DNA of 32,000 nt, taken from Xanthomonas campestris pv. campestris str. ATCC 33913. GTDB lineage: Bacteria > Pseudomonadota > Gammaproteobacteria > Xanthomonadales > Xanthomonadaceae. The notes under the pieces were generated by a model, which was not told the origin of the DNA, did no database searches, and worked only from the letters and a program-made list of their open reading frames with translations. The DNA is taken from positions 1,657,436 to 1,689,435 of the forward strand of contig NC_003902.1 of the NCBI RefSeq assembly GCF_000007145.1, read 5' to 3'. Shown one piece after another: positions 8,007 to 16,916 of the stretch; the stretch's first letter is position 1, and every line of letters starts with the position of its first letter. A program made the position numbers and the translations under genes.

Positions 8007-9950
8007 ATGTGTGGATTGGCAGGACTGTTGCTGGCAACACCGCGCATGCACGGCGAGCAGCTGGAGGCATTGGTGCGGCCGATGGGCGGCGCCTTGCGCC
8101 ACCGTGGCCCAGACGATGCCGGTACCTGGTGCGATGCGCAGGCCGGCGTTGCGCTGGCCCACCAGCGCCTGAGCATCCTGGATCTCTCTCCGCTCGGCCA
8201 TCAGCCGATGCGCTCGGCCGACAGCCGCTACGTGCTGGCCTACAACGGCGAGATCTACAACTTCGCGCAGTTGCGCGCGGCGCTGGCGGCGCTCGGGCAC
8301 CGCTTCCGCGGGCATTCGGATACCGAAGTGCTGCTGGCCGCAGTGGTGGAGTGGGGCCTGGACGACACCCTGGCGCGCTGCAACGGCATGTTCGCGCTGG
8401 CGCTGTGGGACGAACGCGACCATTGCCTGTCGTTGGCCCGTGACCGCGTGGGCAAGAAGCCGCTGTACTACGGCTGGGCCGGTGACACGCTGGTGTTCGG
8501 CTCCGAGCTCAAGGCGCTGTGGCAGCACCCGGATTTCGACAACGGCGTGGACCGCGATGCGCTCACCCTGCTGTTGCGGCTGGGCTATATCCCGGCGCCG
8601 GCCTGCATCCACGAGCGTACCTTCAAGCTGATGCCCGGGCGGGTGCTGCGGCTGGACGCCCAAGCGGTGGCCGCCGGCGCCGCCGCACACCGGCCCGACC
8701 AGGCCCAGCAACCGTTCTGGAATGCCCGCGAGGCCATGCAGCGTGCGCTGGCCGCGCCATTCACCGGCACCGATGCCCAGGCCGAAGAGCAGCTGGATAG
8801 TCTGCTGCGCGATGCAGTGGCGTTGCGCATGGTGGCCGACGTGCCGGTGGGCGTGTTCCTGTCTGGCGGCACCGATTCGTCGATCGTCACCGCGATGATG
8901 CAGGCGCAGAGCGACCAGCCGGTGCACACCTTCAGCATCGGCTTTGAGGGCTCGCACCACGACGAAGCGCCGCTGGCGCGCGAAGTGGCCACGCACCTGC
9001 ACACCGATCACACCGAGCTGTATGTCAGCGGCGCCGATGCGCTGGCGGTGGTGCCGACCTTGCCGGACATGTTCGACGAACCGTTCGCCGACGCCTCGCA
9101 GGTGCCCACCGCGCTGGTGGCGCGGCTGGCGCGCGGTGGCGTCACCGTGGCGCTATCCGGCGATGGCGGCGACGAGCTGTTCTTCGGGTATGGGCGCTAC
9201 CAGCGCGCGCTGCGTAACTGGCGCATGCACGGGCTGGTGCCGGCGCCGCTGCGGCGCCTGATGGCGGTGGCAGCGCGCAAGAGCGGCGAAGCCTCGCGCA
9301 CCGGCGGGCTGGCGGCACTGGTGGCCGAGGCGGGCGCACGCGGCATCGGCGACATCTACCGCAACCGCATCTCACGCTGGCGCGACCCGGCCGCGGTGGT
9401 GCTGGGCGCGACCGAGCCAGACAGTTTTTACAGCCTGGCCGATCCGCTGCATGGCTCGGGCACGCCGGCCGACGCGATGATGCTGGCCGACTTCGCTGCG
9501 TATCTGCCGGACGATCTGCTGTGCAAGGTCGACCGCACCACCATGGCGGTGGGGCTGGAGGCGCGCGCGCCGCTGCTGGATTGGCGCGTGGCCGAGTTCG
9601 CCTGGTCGTTGCCGCTCTCACTCAAGTACCGCGATGGGGTCAGCAAGTACCTGCTCAAGCGCGTGCTGTGCCGCTATCTGCCCGAGCCGATGGTCTACCG
9701 CGGCAAGCGTGGCTTCGGTGCGCCGGTGAGTGCGTGGCTGCGCGGCGACCTGCATGGCTGGGCCGACGATCTGCTGGCACACGGCACGCTGCAGCGCGAA
9801 GGCGTGTTCGCCGCCGATACCGTGGCCGGGCTGTGGCGCGACTTCAATGGCGGCGAGCGCAAGTGGCACACCCACCTGTGGACGGTGCTGATGTTCCAGG
9901 CCTGGCAGGACCACTGGCGCGCGCAGCGGGCTGCCATCGTCCGGTCGTAG
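8007..9950 (+). CDS. asnB: asparagine synthase (glutamine-hydrolysing), AsnB family amidotransferase
   Basis: 647-aa ORF with AGGAG upstream. The N-terminal MCGLAG carries the Ntn Cys2 nucleophile, followed by HRGPDD and YNGEIYNF. The PP-loop SGGTDSS is in the synthetase domain. Confidence 0.9.
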   Translation: MCGLAGLLLATPRMHGEQLEALVRPMGGALRHRGPDDAGTWCDAQAGVALAHQRLSILDLSPLGHQPMRSADSRYVLAYNGEIYNFAQLRAALAALGHRFRGHSDTEVLLAAVVEWGLDDTLARCNGMFALALWDERDHCLSLARDRVGKKPLYYGWAGDTLVFGSELKALWQHPDFDNGVDRDALTLLLRLGYIPAPACIHERTFKLMPGRVLRLDAQAVAAGAAAHRPDQAQQPFWNAREAMQRALAAPFTGTDAQAEEQLDSLLRDAVALRMVADVPVGVFLSGGTDSSIVTAMMQAQSDQPVHTFSIGFEGSHHDEAPLAREVATHLHTDHTELYVSGADALAVVPTLPDMFDEPFADASQVPTALVARLARGGVTVALSGDGGDELFFGYGRYQRALRNWRMHGLVPAPLRRLMAVAARKSGEASRTGGLAALVAEAGARGIGDIYRNRISRWRDPAAVVLGATEPDSFYSLADPLHGSGTPADAMMLADFAAYLPDDLLCKVDRTTMAVGLEARAPLLDWRVAEFAWSLPLSLKYRDGVSKYLLKRVLCRYLPEPMVYRGKRGFGAPVSAWLRGDLHGWADDLLAHGTLQREGVFAADTVAGLWRDFNGGERKWHTHLWTVLMFQAWQDHWRAQRAAIVRS

Positions 9951-10024
9951 CGCGGGCGGCGCTTCACCGGGTGTGCGCGCCACGCTGCCTACAGTGGGGC
10001 GCTGGTTCCCACGGAGCGTTCCCC

Positions 10025-10579
10025 ATGAGCAAGTACACCATTGCGGTATTGGTCGGCAGCCTGCGCGCGCAGTCCTACAACCGCCAGCTGGCCCAGGCGC
10101 TGGCGCAGCTGGCCGGCGACAAGGCCACGTTCGAGTTCCTGGAGATCGGCGACCTGCCGCTGTACAACCAGGACCGCGACAGCGATTACCCGGCCGAAGG
10201 CACCCGCCTCAAGCAGCAATTACGCGCGGCCGATGCGGTGCTGTTCGTGACCCCGGAATACAACCGCTCGATCCCCGGCGTGCTCAAGAACGCCATCGAC
10301 ACCGCCTCGCGGCCATATGGCGACAGCGCCTTCGCCGGCAAGCCGGCCGCCATCGCGGGGATCTCGGTCGGCGCGATCGGCACCGCGCTGGCGCAGCAGC
10401 ATCTACGTGGCGTGCTGGCCTACCTGGACATGCACGTGCTCGGCCAGCCGGAGATCTATCTGCAATACAAGGATGGCTTGTTCGGCGCCGACGGCCAGAT
10501 TGCCGATGCCGACAGCCGCAAGTTCCTGCAGGGATTTGTCGACAGCTTCCTGGCCTGGATCGCACACCACACACGCTGA
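10025..10579 (+). CDS. NADPH-dependent FMN reductase (ChrR/YieF-like flavodoxin-fold oxidoreductase)
   Basis: ATG at 10025 preceded by ACGGAG. MSKYTIAVLVGSLRAQSYNRQLA... and LFVTPEYNRSIPGVLKNAID are typical FMN_red family motifs. The track ORF from 9521 is an upstream over-extension into asnB. Confidence 0.85.
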   Translation: MSKYTIAVLVGSLRAQSYNRQLAQALAQLAGDKATFEFLEIGDLPLYNQDRDSDYPAEGTRLKQQLRAADAVLFVTPEYNRSIPGVLKNAIDTASRPYGDSAFAGKPAAIAGISVGAIGTALAQQHLRGVLAYLDMHVLGQPEIYLQYKDGLFGADGQIADADSRKFLQGFVDSFLAWIAHHTR

Positions 10580-10682
10580 GCGCGCGGGCCGGGCCGGCAT
10601 GCCCGCAGGCTAGACGGGGGCAGGGCATCGCGGGCAGTGAGACCGCACCGGCGTAGGCTGTGGTGCACTGGCTATGCACCAG

Positions 10683-10691
10683 TTATCCACA
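10683..10691 (+). promoter_or_regulatory. consensus DnaA box (TTATCCACA) upstream of dnaB
   Basis: Exact 9/9 match to TTATCCACA, 77 nt upstream of the preferred dnaB start, embedded in short inverted repeats (GGTGCA...TGCACC; CTGTGG...CCACAG). A single box only. Confidence 0.35.
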
Positions 10692-10767
10692 GAGTTGTGC
10701 ATGGTCCTCGCCGCCGGTGATGACTATGCTTCCTGCCCCCGTCTCCCTCGCGTCAGGCTGTCCGTCC

Positions 10768-12198
10768 ATGTCCGCTCGTCCCGGCTTCCGTTCCAACCGC
10801 AATCGCGACCGCGATCGTGATGACTACGATCGTCCCGAGCCGCGTCTGGACCAGCTGCGGGTTCCACCCCATTCGGTGGAAGCCGAGCAGGCGGTGCTGG
10901 GCGGCCTGATGCTGGCGCCGGATGCGTTCGACAAGGTCAACGATCAGCTCACCGAGAACGACTTCTACCGGCGCGACCATCGTCTGATCTACCGCGCCAT
11001 CCGCGAGCTCTCCGAGAAGGATCGCCCGTTCGATGCGGTCACGCTGGGCGAGTGGTTCGAGTCGCAGGGCAAGCTGGAGCAGGTGGGCGATGGCGCCTAT
11101 CTGATCGAGCTGGCGAGCACCACGCCGTCGGCGGCCAACATCGCCGCCTACGCGGAAATCGTGCGCGACAAGGCGGTGTTGCGGCAGCTGATCGAAGTGG
11201 GCACCAACATCGTCAACGATGGCTTCCAGCCAGAAGGCCGCGAGAGCGTCGAGCTGCTGGCATCGGCGGAAAAAGCGGTGTTTAAGATCGCCGAAGCAGG
11301 CGCGCGTGGGCGGACCGACTTCGTGGCGATGCCGGGCGCCTTGAAGGACGCGTTCGAAGAGCTGCGCAACCGCTTCGAAAACGGCGGCAACATCACTGGC
11401 CTGCCGACCGGGTACACCGATTTCGATGCGATGACCGCCGGCCTGCAGCCGACCGATCTGATCATCCTGGCCGCACGTCCGGCGATGGGCAAGACCACGC
11501 TGGCGTTGAACATTGCCGAATACGCCGCGATCAAGTCCAAGAAAGGCGTGGCGGTGTTTTCGATGGAAATGTCGGCGTCGCAGCTGGCGATGCGCCTGAT
11601 TTCTTCCAACGGCCGCATCAATGCGCAACGCCTGCGCACCGGTGCGCTGGAAGACGAGGATTGGGCGCGCGTCACCGGCGCGATCAAGATGTTGAAGGAA
11701 ACCAAGATCTTCATCGACGACACGCCCGGCGTGTCGCCGGAAGTGCTGCGTTCCAAGTGCCGCCGGCTCAAGCGCGAACACGACCTGGGCCTGATCGTCA
11801 TCGACTACCTGCAGCTGATGTCGGTGCCGGGCAACAGCGAAAACCGCGCGACCGAAATTTCGGAAATTTCGCGTGGGCTCAAGGGCCTGGCCAAGGAACT
11901 CAACGTGCCGGTGATTGCGTTGTCGCAGCTCAATCGCTCGCTGGAAACGCGGACCGACAAGCGCCCGGTAATGGCCGATTTGCGCGAATCCGGCGCAATC
12001 GAGCAGGACGCGGACATGATTGTGTTCATCTACCGCGACGACTACTACAACAAGGAAAACTCGCCCGACAAGGGCCTGGCCGAGATCATCATCGGCAAGC
12101 ACCGTGGCGGCCCGACCGGCTCGTGCAAACTCAAGTTCTTCGGCGAATACACGCGCTTTGACAATCTGGCGCACGACTCGGTGGGTAGCTTCGAGTAA
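10768..12198 (+). CDS. dnaB: replicative DNA helicase DnaB
   Basis: PPHSVEAEQAVLGG N-terminal motif, Walker A ARPAMGKTT, the SMEMS motif, Walker B IVIDYLQLM, SQLNR and ADLRESGAIEQDAD. Preferred start is the ATG at 10768 (MSARPGFRSNRNRDRDRDD...); the track start at 10660 is probably too long. Confidence 0.95.
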   Translation: MSARPGFRSNRNRDRDRDDYDRPEPRLDQLRVPPHSVEAEQAVLGGLMLAPDAFDKVNDQLTENDFYRRDHRLIYRAIRELSEKDRPFDAVTLGEWFESQGKLEQVGDGAYLIELASTTPSAANIAAYAEIVRDKAVLRQLIEVGTNIVNDGFQPEGRESVELLASAEKAVFKIAEAGARGRTDFVAMPGALKDAFEELRNRFENGGNITGLPTGYTDFDAMTAGLQPTDLIILAARPAMGKTTLALNIAEYAAIKSKKGVAVFSMEMSASQLAMRLISSNGRINAQRLRTGALEDEDWARVTGAIKMLKETKIFIDDTPGVSPEVLRSKCRRLKREHDLGLIVIDYLQLMSVPGNSENRATEISEISRGLKGLAKELNVPVIALSQLNRSLETRTDKRPVMADLRESGAIEQDADMIVFIYRDDYYNKENSPDKGLAEIIIGKHRGGPTGSCKLKFFGEYTRFDNLAHDSVGSFE

Positions 12199-12488
12199 GC
12201 CGCTGGCAACGTGTGGCATCTTGACCTCAGGGATGACGGTCGACGAGGAATGCGGGCGCAGGTGCCCGGCACTGCATGTGTCAGCAGCGATGCCTGGGCG
12301 CCATGCGCGCGGAGCTGCACCAGCGCGCGTAAGGCGGGTAGGACGTGACGCGTAGCGATTGCTGCCGCACATCGCGGCACCGACGGTGCGCCAGCGAACG
12401 CTTCGCACAGACTCCGCGGCTGGCATCGCGCCATCGTTGCGGCCGCTGGCTTATGCTGCGCGGCCTCACCTGCCGCTGCCGAGTCTGC

Positions 12489-13907
12489 ATGTCTTACGCC
12501 ATCGTCTGGTTCCGTCGCGATCTGCGTCTGGAGGACAACCCCGCCTTGCGCGCCGCGCTCGATGCCGGGCACGACCCGATTCCGCTTTACATCGATGCAC
12601 CGCACGAAGAAGGCCAATGGGCGCCGGGCGCGGCATCGCGTGCGTGGCGGCATCGCAGTCTCGCCGCACTGGATGCCTCCTTGCGCGCGCGCGGCAGCGC
12701 GTTGCTGATTCGTCAGGGCGACAGCGCGCAGGTGCTGGACGCGGTGATCGCGCAGACCGAAGCGGTGGCGGTGTACTGGAACCGCAAATACGAGCCGGCC
12801 ACCCAGCCACGCGATGCGCAGATCAAGCGCAGCCTGCGTGAGCGTGGGCTGGAGGTGCAAAGCTGCAACGCCGCGCTGTTATTCGAACCGTGGACCCTGG
12901 CCACCCAGCAGGGCAGGCCGTACAAGGTGTTTACGCCGTTCTGGCGAAATGCACTCACTCAGCTGCGCTTGCCCGATGCCATGCCCGCGCCGCGCAGCCT
13001 GCCGCCGTTGCCCGCGTCGCTGGACGGTGTGCACGTCGATGCGCTGAACCTGCTGCCCACGCCGGCATGGGATCAGGGCTTCTGGGAACACTGGCAGCCG
13101 GGCGAAGCCGGTGCGCACGAGATGCTGGAGATCTTTGTCGACGGCGCGCTGTCGGGTTACCGCGAAAACCGCGACCGTCCCGACCGCGTTGGCACCTCGC
13201 AGTTGTCGCCGCATCTGCATTTTGGCGAGATCGCGCCCTGGCGCATTGCCAGCACCTTGGAGGCGCAGCGCAGCGCGCGCAATGGCGCGGACATCGACGG
13301 CTATATTCGCCAGTTGGGATGGCGCGATTTTGCGTACCACCTGCTGCATCACTTCCCGGACACCACCACGCAAAACCTCAACCCGCGCTTTGCCGGCTTC
13401 GACTGGGCCACGGTGGATCCGGTCACGCTGGACGCATGGCAGCGCGGGCGCACCGGCATCCCGATCGTCGATGCGGGGCTGCGGCAGCTGTGGCATACCG
13501 GCTGGATGCACAACCGCGTGCGCATGATCGTGGCGAGCCTGTTGTGCAAGCATCTGCGCGTGCATTGGCTGGAGGGCGCGCGCTGGTTCTGGGACACCTT
13601 GGTGGATGCGGACCTGGCCAACAACACGATGGGCTGGCAGTGGGTGGCCGGCACTGGCGCCGATGCGGCGCCGTATTTCCGCGTGTTCAATCCGGTGACG
13701 CAGGCCGAGAAATTCGACCCGCAAGCCACCTACATCACGCGCTGGATTCCCGAGCTGGCGGCATTGCCGGTGAAAGAGCGCTTTGCACCGTGGCTGCATC
13801 CGTTATCGCTGGCGCGGCTGGCACCGACCTATCCGCGCGCGCCGATCATCGGCCTGGCCGAAGGGCGCGATGCCGCGTTGGCGGCCTACGCAGGCACGCG
13901 CGGCTAA
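12489..13907 (+). CDS. phrB: deoxyribodipyrimidine photolyase (class I CPD photolyase/cryptochrome family)
   Basis: MSYAIVWFRRDLRLEDNPAL N-terminus. FAD-binding region TSQLSPHLHFGEI, GWRDF, TG.P.VDA..RQL...GWMHNR.RM..AS and D.DLA.N..GWQW..G.G.DA.PYFR.FNP. Start is the ATG at 12489; the track start at 12345 is over-extended. Confidence 0.9.
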   Translation: MSYAIVWFRRDLRLEDNPALRAALDAGHDPIPLYIDAPHEEGQWAPGAASRAWRHRSLAALDASLRARGSALLIRQGDSAQVLDAVIAQTEAVAVYWNRKYEPATQPRDAQIKRSLRERGLEVQSCNAALLFEPWTLATQQGRPYKVFTPFWRNALTQLRLPDAMPAPRSLPPLPASLDGVHVDALNLLPTPAWDQGFWEHWQPGEAGAHEMLEIFVDGALSGYRENRDRPDRVGTSQLSPHLHFGEIAPWRIASTLEAQRSARNGADIDGYIRQLGWRDFAYHLLHHFPDTTTQNLNPRFAGFDWATVDPVTLDAWQRGRTGIPIVDAGLRQLWHTGWMHNRVRMIVASLLCKHLRVHWLEGARWFWDTLVDADLANNTMGWQWVAGTGADAAPYFRVFNPVTQAEKFDPQATYITRWIPELAALPVKERFAPWLHPLSLARLAPTYPRAPIIGLAEGRDAALAAYAGTRG

Positions 13908-14040
13908 GCGAAAACGTTTTCCTGAATGAACCGCTAGCCGAACGCTGGCGGCGGGCGATTTCATCATGTGCCAGTCGCGTTGCGCTGTTTATCCTCGCGG
14001 CACGATTCAGCGCCGGATGGTCCGGCCAAAGGAGAACACC

Positions 14041-14766
14041 ATGTCCCCAGCAGCCAGCAAGAGCCTTGCCGTGGCCTTGGCCAGCGCCATCGCGCTGTCC
14101 GCCTGCGCCACCGGCGGCTCGTACGTGCAGCGCGACCAGTACGGCGACCAGACCCAACAACAGAACCGCACCGGCCGCAATGCGCTGATCGGTACCGCGA
14201 TCGGTGTGGCCGCCGGCCTGCTCACCGGCGACAGCGCCACCGAACGCCGTCAGCACGCGATGATCGGTGCCGGTATCGGCGCATTGAGTGGTGCGGCCGT
14301 GGGCCAGTACCAGGATCGTCAGGAACGCGCGTTGCGCGAGCGCACCGCCAACACCGGCATCGACGTGCAGCGCCAGGGCGACAACATCACCTTGAACCTG
14401 CCCGACGGCATCACCTTCGACTTCGGCAAGTCTGCGTTGAAGCCGCAGTTCTACACCGCGCTCAACGGCGTGGCCTCGACACTGCGTGAGTACAACCAGA
14501 CCATGGTGGAAGTGGTGGGGCATACCGATAGCGTCGGTAGCGATGCGGTGAACCAGCGCCTGTCCGAAGAGCGTGCCAACGCGGTGGCCCAGTACCTGAC
14601 CGCACAGGGCGTGCAGCGCGAACGCATGGAAACCATGGGCGCCGGCAAGCGCTACCCGATCGCCGACAACAGCACCGACGCCGGCCGTGCACAGAACCGC
14701 CGCGTCGAAATCCGCCTGATTCCGCTACGCCAGGAAGGCGCCGCCAGCACTACCGGCATGCGCTGA
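14041..14766 (+). CDS. OmpA-family peptidoglycan-binding lipoprotein
   Basis: AAGGAG 6 nt upstream of the ATG at 14041. Lipobox ...AIALSAC. A Gly-zipper segment is followed by the OmpA C-like domain (F.FGKSALKP, VVGHTDSVGS...N..LSE.RA.AV..YL...G, NRRVEI). Confidence 0.85.
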   Translation: MSPAASKSLAVALASAIALSACATGGSYVQRDQYGDQTQQQNRTGRNALIGTAIGVAAGLLTGDSATERRQHAMIGAGIGALSGAAVGQYQDRQERALRERTANTGIDVQRQGDNITLNLPDGITFDFGKSALKPQFYTALNGVASTLREYNQTMVEVVGHTDSVGSDAVNQRLSEERANAVAQYLTAQGVQRERMETMGAGKRYPIADNSTDAGRAQNRRVEIRLIPLRQEGAASTTGMR

Positions 14767-14812
14767 GTTTGATGGCGTCATGTGACGTGTAACTGGCGTC
14801 ACCGGATGCATG

Positions 14813-14841
14813 AAAAAGGCCGCGAAAGCGGCCTTTTTTTT
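14813..14841 (+). terminator. Rho-independent terminator (bidirectional shape)
   Basis: AAAAAGGCCGC GAAA GCGGCCTTTTTTTT: 6-bp GC stem extended by A/T pairs, a GAAA tetraloop and an 8-T run. Confidence 0.85.
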
Positions 14842-14964
14842 GAGTTACAGACGGCCTGAAGTAAGAGCAAGGTCCAGATCACTGGTTACGCAAAACGCCA
14901 ACACAAACAAAAAACAAGAGCAAAAAAACGTCCAACAAAACGTCTGCATTCCTCATCATTGAAC

Positions 14965-15012
<48 letters not shown>

Positions 15013-15519
15013 TATTGCTCTGTTTGCGATCAACACAGCGATCCGTCGCCTGCCAAGCCTGAAACTTTGCTTCGGCACCGCTGTTCCGCTTTTGCTCCTG
15101 CTTCACCCAGTCGCCTTAAAGCAAGCCGAGCACCGCAGCTGCGCGTGGCCGAAGAGGCGCCCTTGTCTGAGCGCAGCGAGTTTGGGCGCCGTGCCAGGCG
15201 TGGCGAGGAGCGCAGGGCACCGGTGCGGCTTCACCGCACCGGATTGCGTCGGCGACAGCGGTTTTGGTTCCTTTTGCCAAGACAAAAGGAACTCGCGCCG
15301 CAGGCGCGAAAGCTCTGCGTTGAAGCCGGGATTGGAGCGTCGGGATTAGGGATTCGCTTAAAGCGTCGCATCAACTTTCTTGCGCGAGCTAGACGCAAAT
15401 CCGATTACGAATATCAGAACAACGAACCCACCTCACCCCCAACAGTCCCGCAGGCACCTTCCCCCAATGGGAGAAGGAGAACCCGCCGCGCTACGCGTCG
15501 AGACCGCACAAAACGCCCG

Positions 15520-16554
15520 TCACGCCGTAGCTTTTTCCAAAATGCGCTTACCCTCGGCGCGCAACTCGGCCTCCACTTCAACCTCCACCTCCGCATCCCC
15601 ATTGGCGCGCTGTGCGGCCAGCCGTGCAGGGCACTGCGCCATCATGTAATCGGCGTCGAAGTTCAGGCGTGTCACCAGGAAATCCACGAACGCCCGCACC
15701 TTCGGCGACACCAACCGGCCACCGGCGAAGACCGCGTTGAAGTCCACTTCCGGCCCGGTCCAACCTGCCAGTACACGCCGCACCATGCCCGATTGCACGA
15801 ACGGCTTGGCCATCACATCGCCGGTCAGCAACAAGCCTTCGCCGCACAGCACCGCACCATTGAGCGCGGCCGGGTCGTTGGCCACCATCAACGGATTGAC
15901 CGGGAATTCGCGCACATCGCTGCCGTCGCTGAGCGACCAGAAGAAGCGGTTGTTGTGCACATTGCGGTTCTTGCGCAGGGCGAGCGTGCGATGGAACTGC
16001 AACTCGTCCGGATGCAGCGGTTCGCCATAGCGTTCGATGTAAGACGGGCTGGCAAACACCTGCGTGCGCAGGCTGCCCAGCTTGCGCGCAACCAGGTTGG
16101 AATCGGGCAGGGCACCCACGCGCAGGGCCAGATCGGCTTCGCCGCCGATCAAGTCCAGCTTCTCGTTGCCCAGGTGCATGTCCAGCTGGATTTCCGGGTA
16201 TTGCGCGTGGAATTCGCCCAGCAACGGCGCGATCCAGGTGATGCCCAGCGAGTACGGCACGGTGAAGCGCAACCAGCCGCGCGGGCCCGACTGCAATTGG
16301 CCGACGGCGCTTTCGGCTTCTTCCAGTTCACGGGCAATGCGCTGGCAGTGTTCGTGATAGACCGCGCCGGCTTCGGTCAGGCCGATGCGACGCGTGGTCC
16401 GGTGCAGCAGGCGGGCACCCAGCCGGGTTTCCAGTTCCTGCACCTTGCGGCTGACCGTGGTCTTGGGCAGGCCGAGCGAGTTGGCGGCAGCGATGAAACT
16501 GCCTTGTTCGACCACCTTGACGAAGATCAGGGTGTCGTTGAGATCGTGGGTCAT
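15520..16554 (-). CDS. LysR-family transcriptional regulator (MexT/SmeRv-like position, divergent from the efflux operon)
   Basis: N-terminal wHTH LNDTLIFVKVVEQGSFIAAANSLGLPKTTVSRKVQELETRLGARLLHRTTR, followed by a LysR substrate-binding domain. At 344 aa it has a ~40-aa C-terminal extension ending ...GDAEVEVEVEAELRAEGKRILEKATA. Confidence 0.9.
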   Translation of the reverse strand: MTHDLNDTLIFVKVVEQGSFIAAANSLGLPKTTVSRKVQELETRLGARLLHRTTRRIGLTEAGAVYHEHCQRIARELEEAESAVGQLQSGPRGWLRFTVPYSLGITWIAPLLGEFHAQYPEIQLDMHLGNEKLDLIGGEADLALRVGALPDSNLVARKLGSLRTQVFASPSYIERYGEPLHPDELQFHRTLALRKNRNVHNNRFFWSLSDGSDVREFPVNPLMVANDPAALNGAVLCGEGLLLTGDVMAKPFVQSGMVRRVLAGWTGPEVDFNAVFAGGRLVSPKVRAFVDFLVTRLNFDADYMMAQCPARLAAQRANGDAEVEVEVEAELRAEGKRILEKATA

Positions 16555-16916
16555 GAGGGGTGCCTTCCGGAGTCTGGAGGGATTGGACCGCTTGCGGGAC
16601 GATTATTCCCCTAAATCCGGACTAATCAAGTGCTGCTTTGAGGCCTAGCTTATGCGGCATCCCCTCCACGCAGGAGCGCCGCCATGTGGTTGCGCCAACT
16701 TCTCGGCTTGTGCCCCAGTCCCCGCGGCGCCCTTGAGAGCGCGTTCGATCCGGTGCAGATGCCGGTAAAACGCCCGCATTCCAGCGTTTCGCGCGCCTTT
16801 GCTGCCTCGCCCAAGCGGCAGGCCGGCGGTGCGCCGGTGCGCCGCAGCGGGCTATCTGCACGTTGGGCCATGTGTGGGATTGTCCCGATTTCGGGAGTGA
16901 AAGTCCCGTGACTGGG
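16555..16916. promoter_or_regulatory. divergent LysR / efflux-operon control region
   Basis: 362-bp gap between divergent genes, the classical LTTR arrangement. It contains a GATTA-N17-TAATC dyad at ~16602-16628. No box could be assigned with confidence. Confidence 0.4.

Noticed and set aside
10753-12426. A 557-aa minus-strand ORF.
   Set aside because: It is antisense to dnaB, whose identity is certain from its Walker and DnaB motifs.
16684-16911. A 75-aa plus-strand ORF in the LysR/efflux intergenic region.
   Set aside because: It is Arg/Pro/Ser-rich with no start context. It occupies the expected divergent promoter/operator region and ends just before the SDR start.
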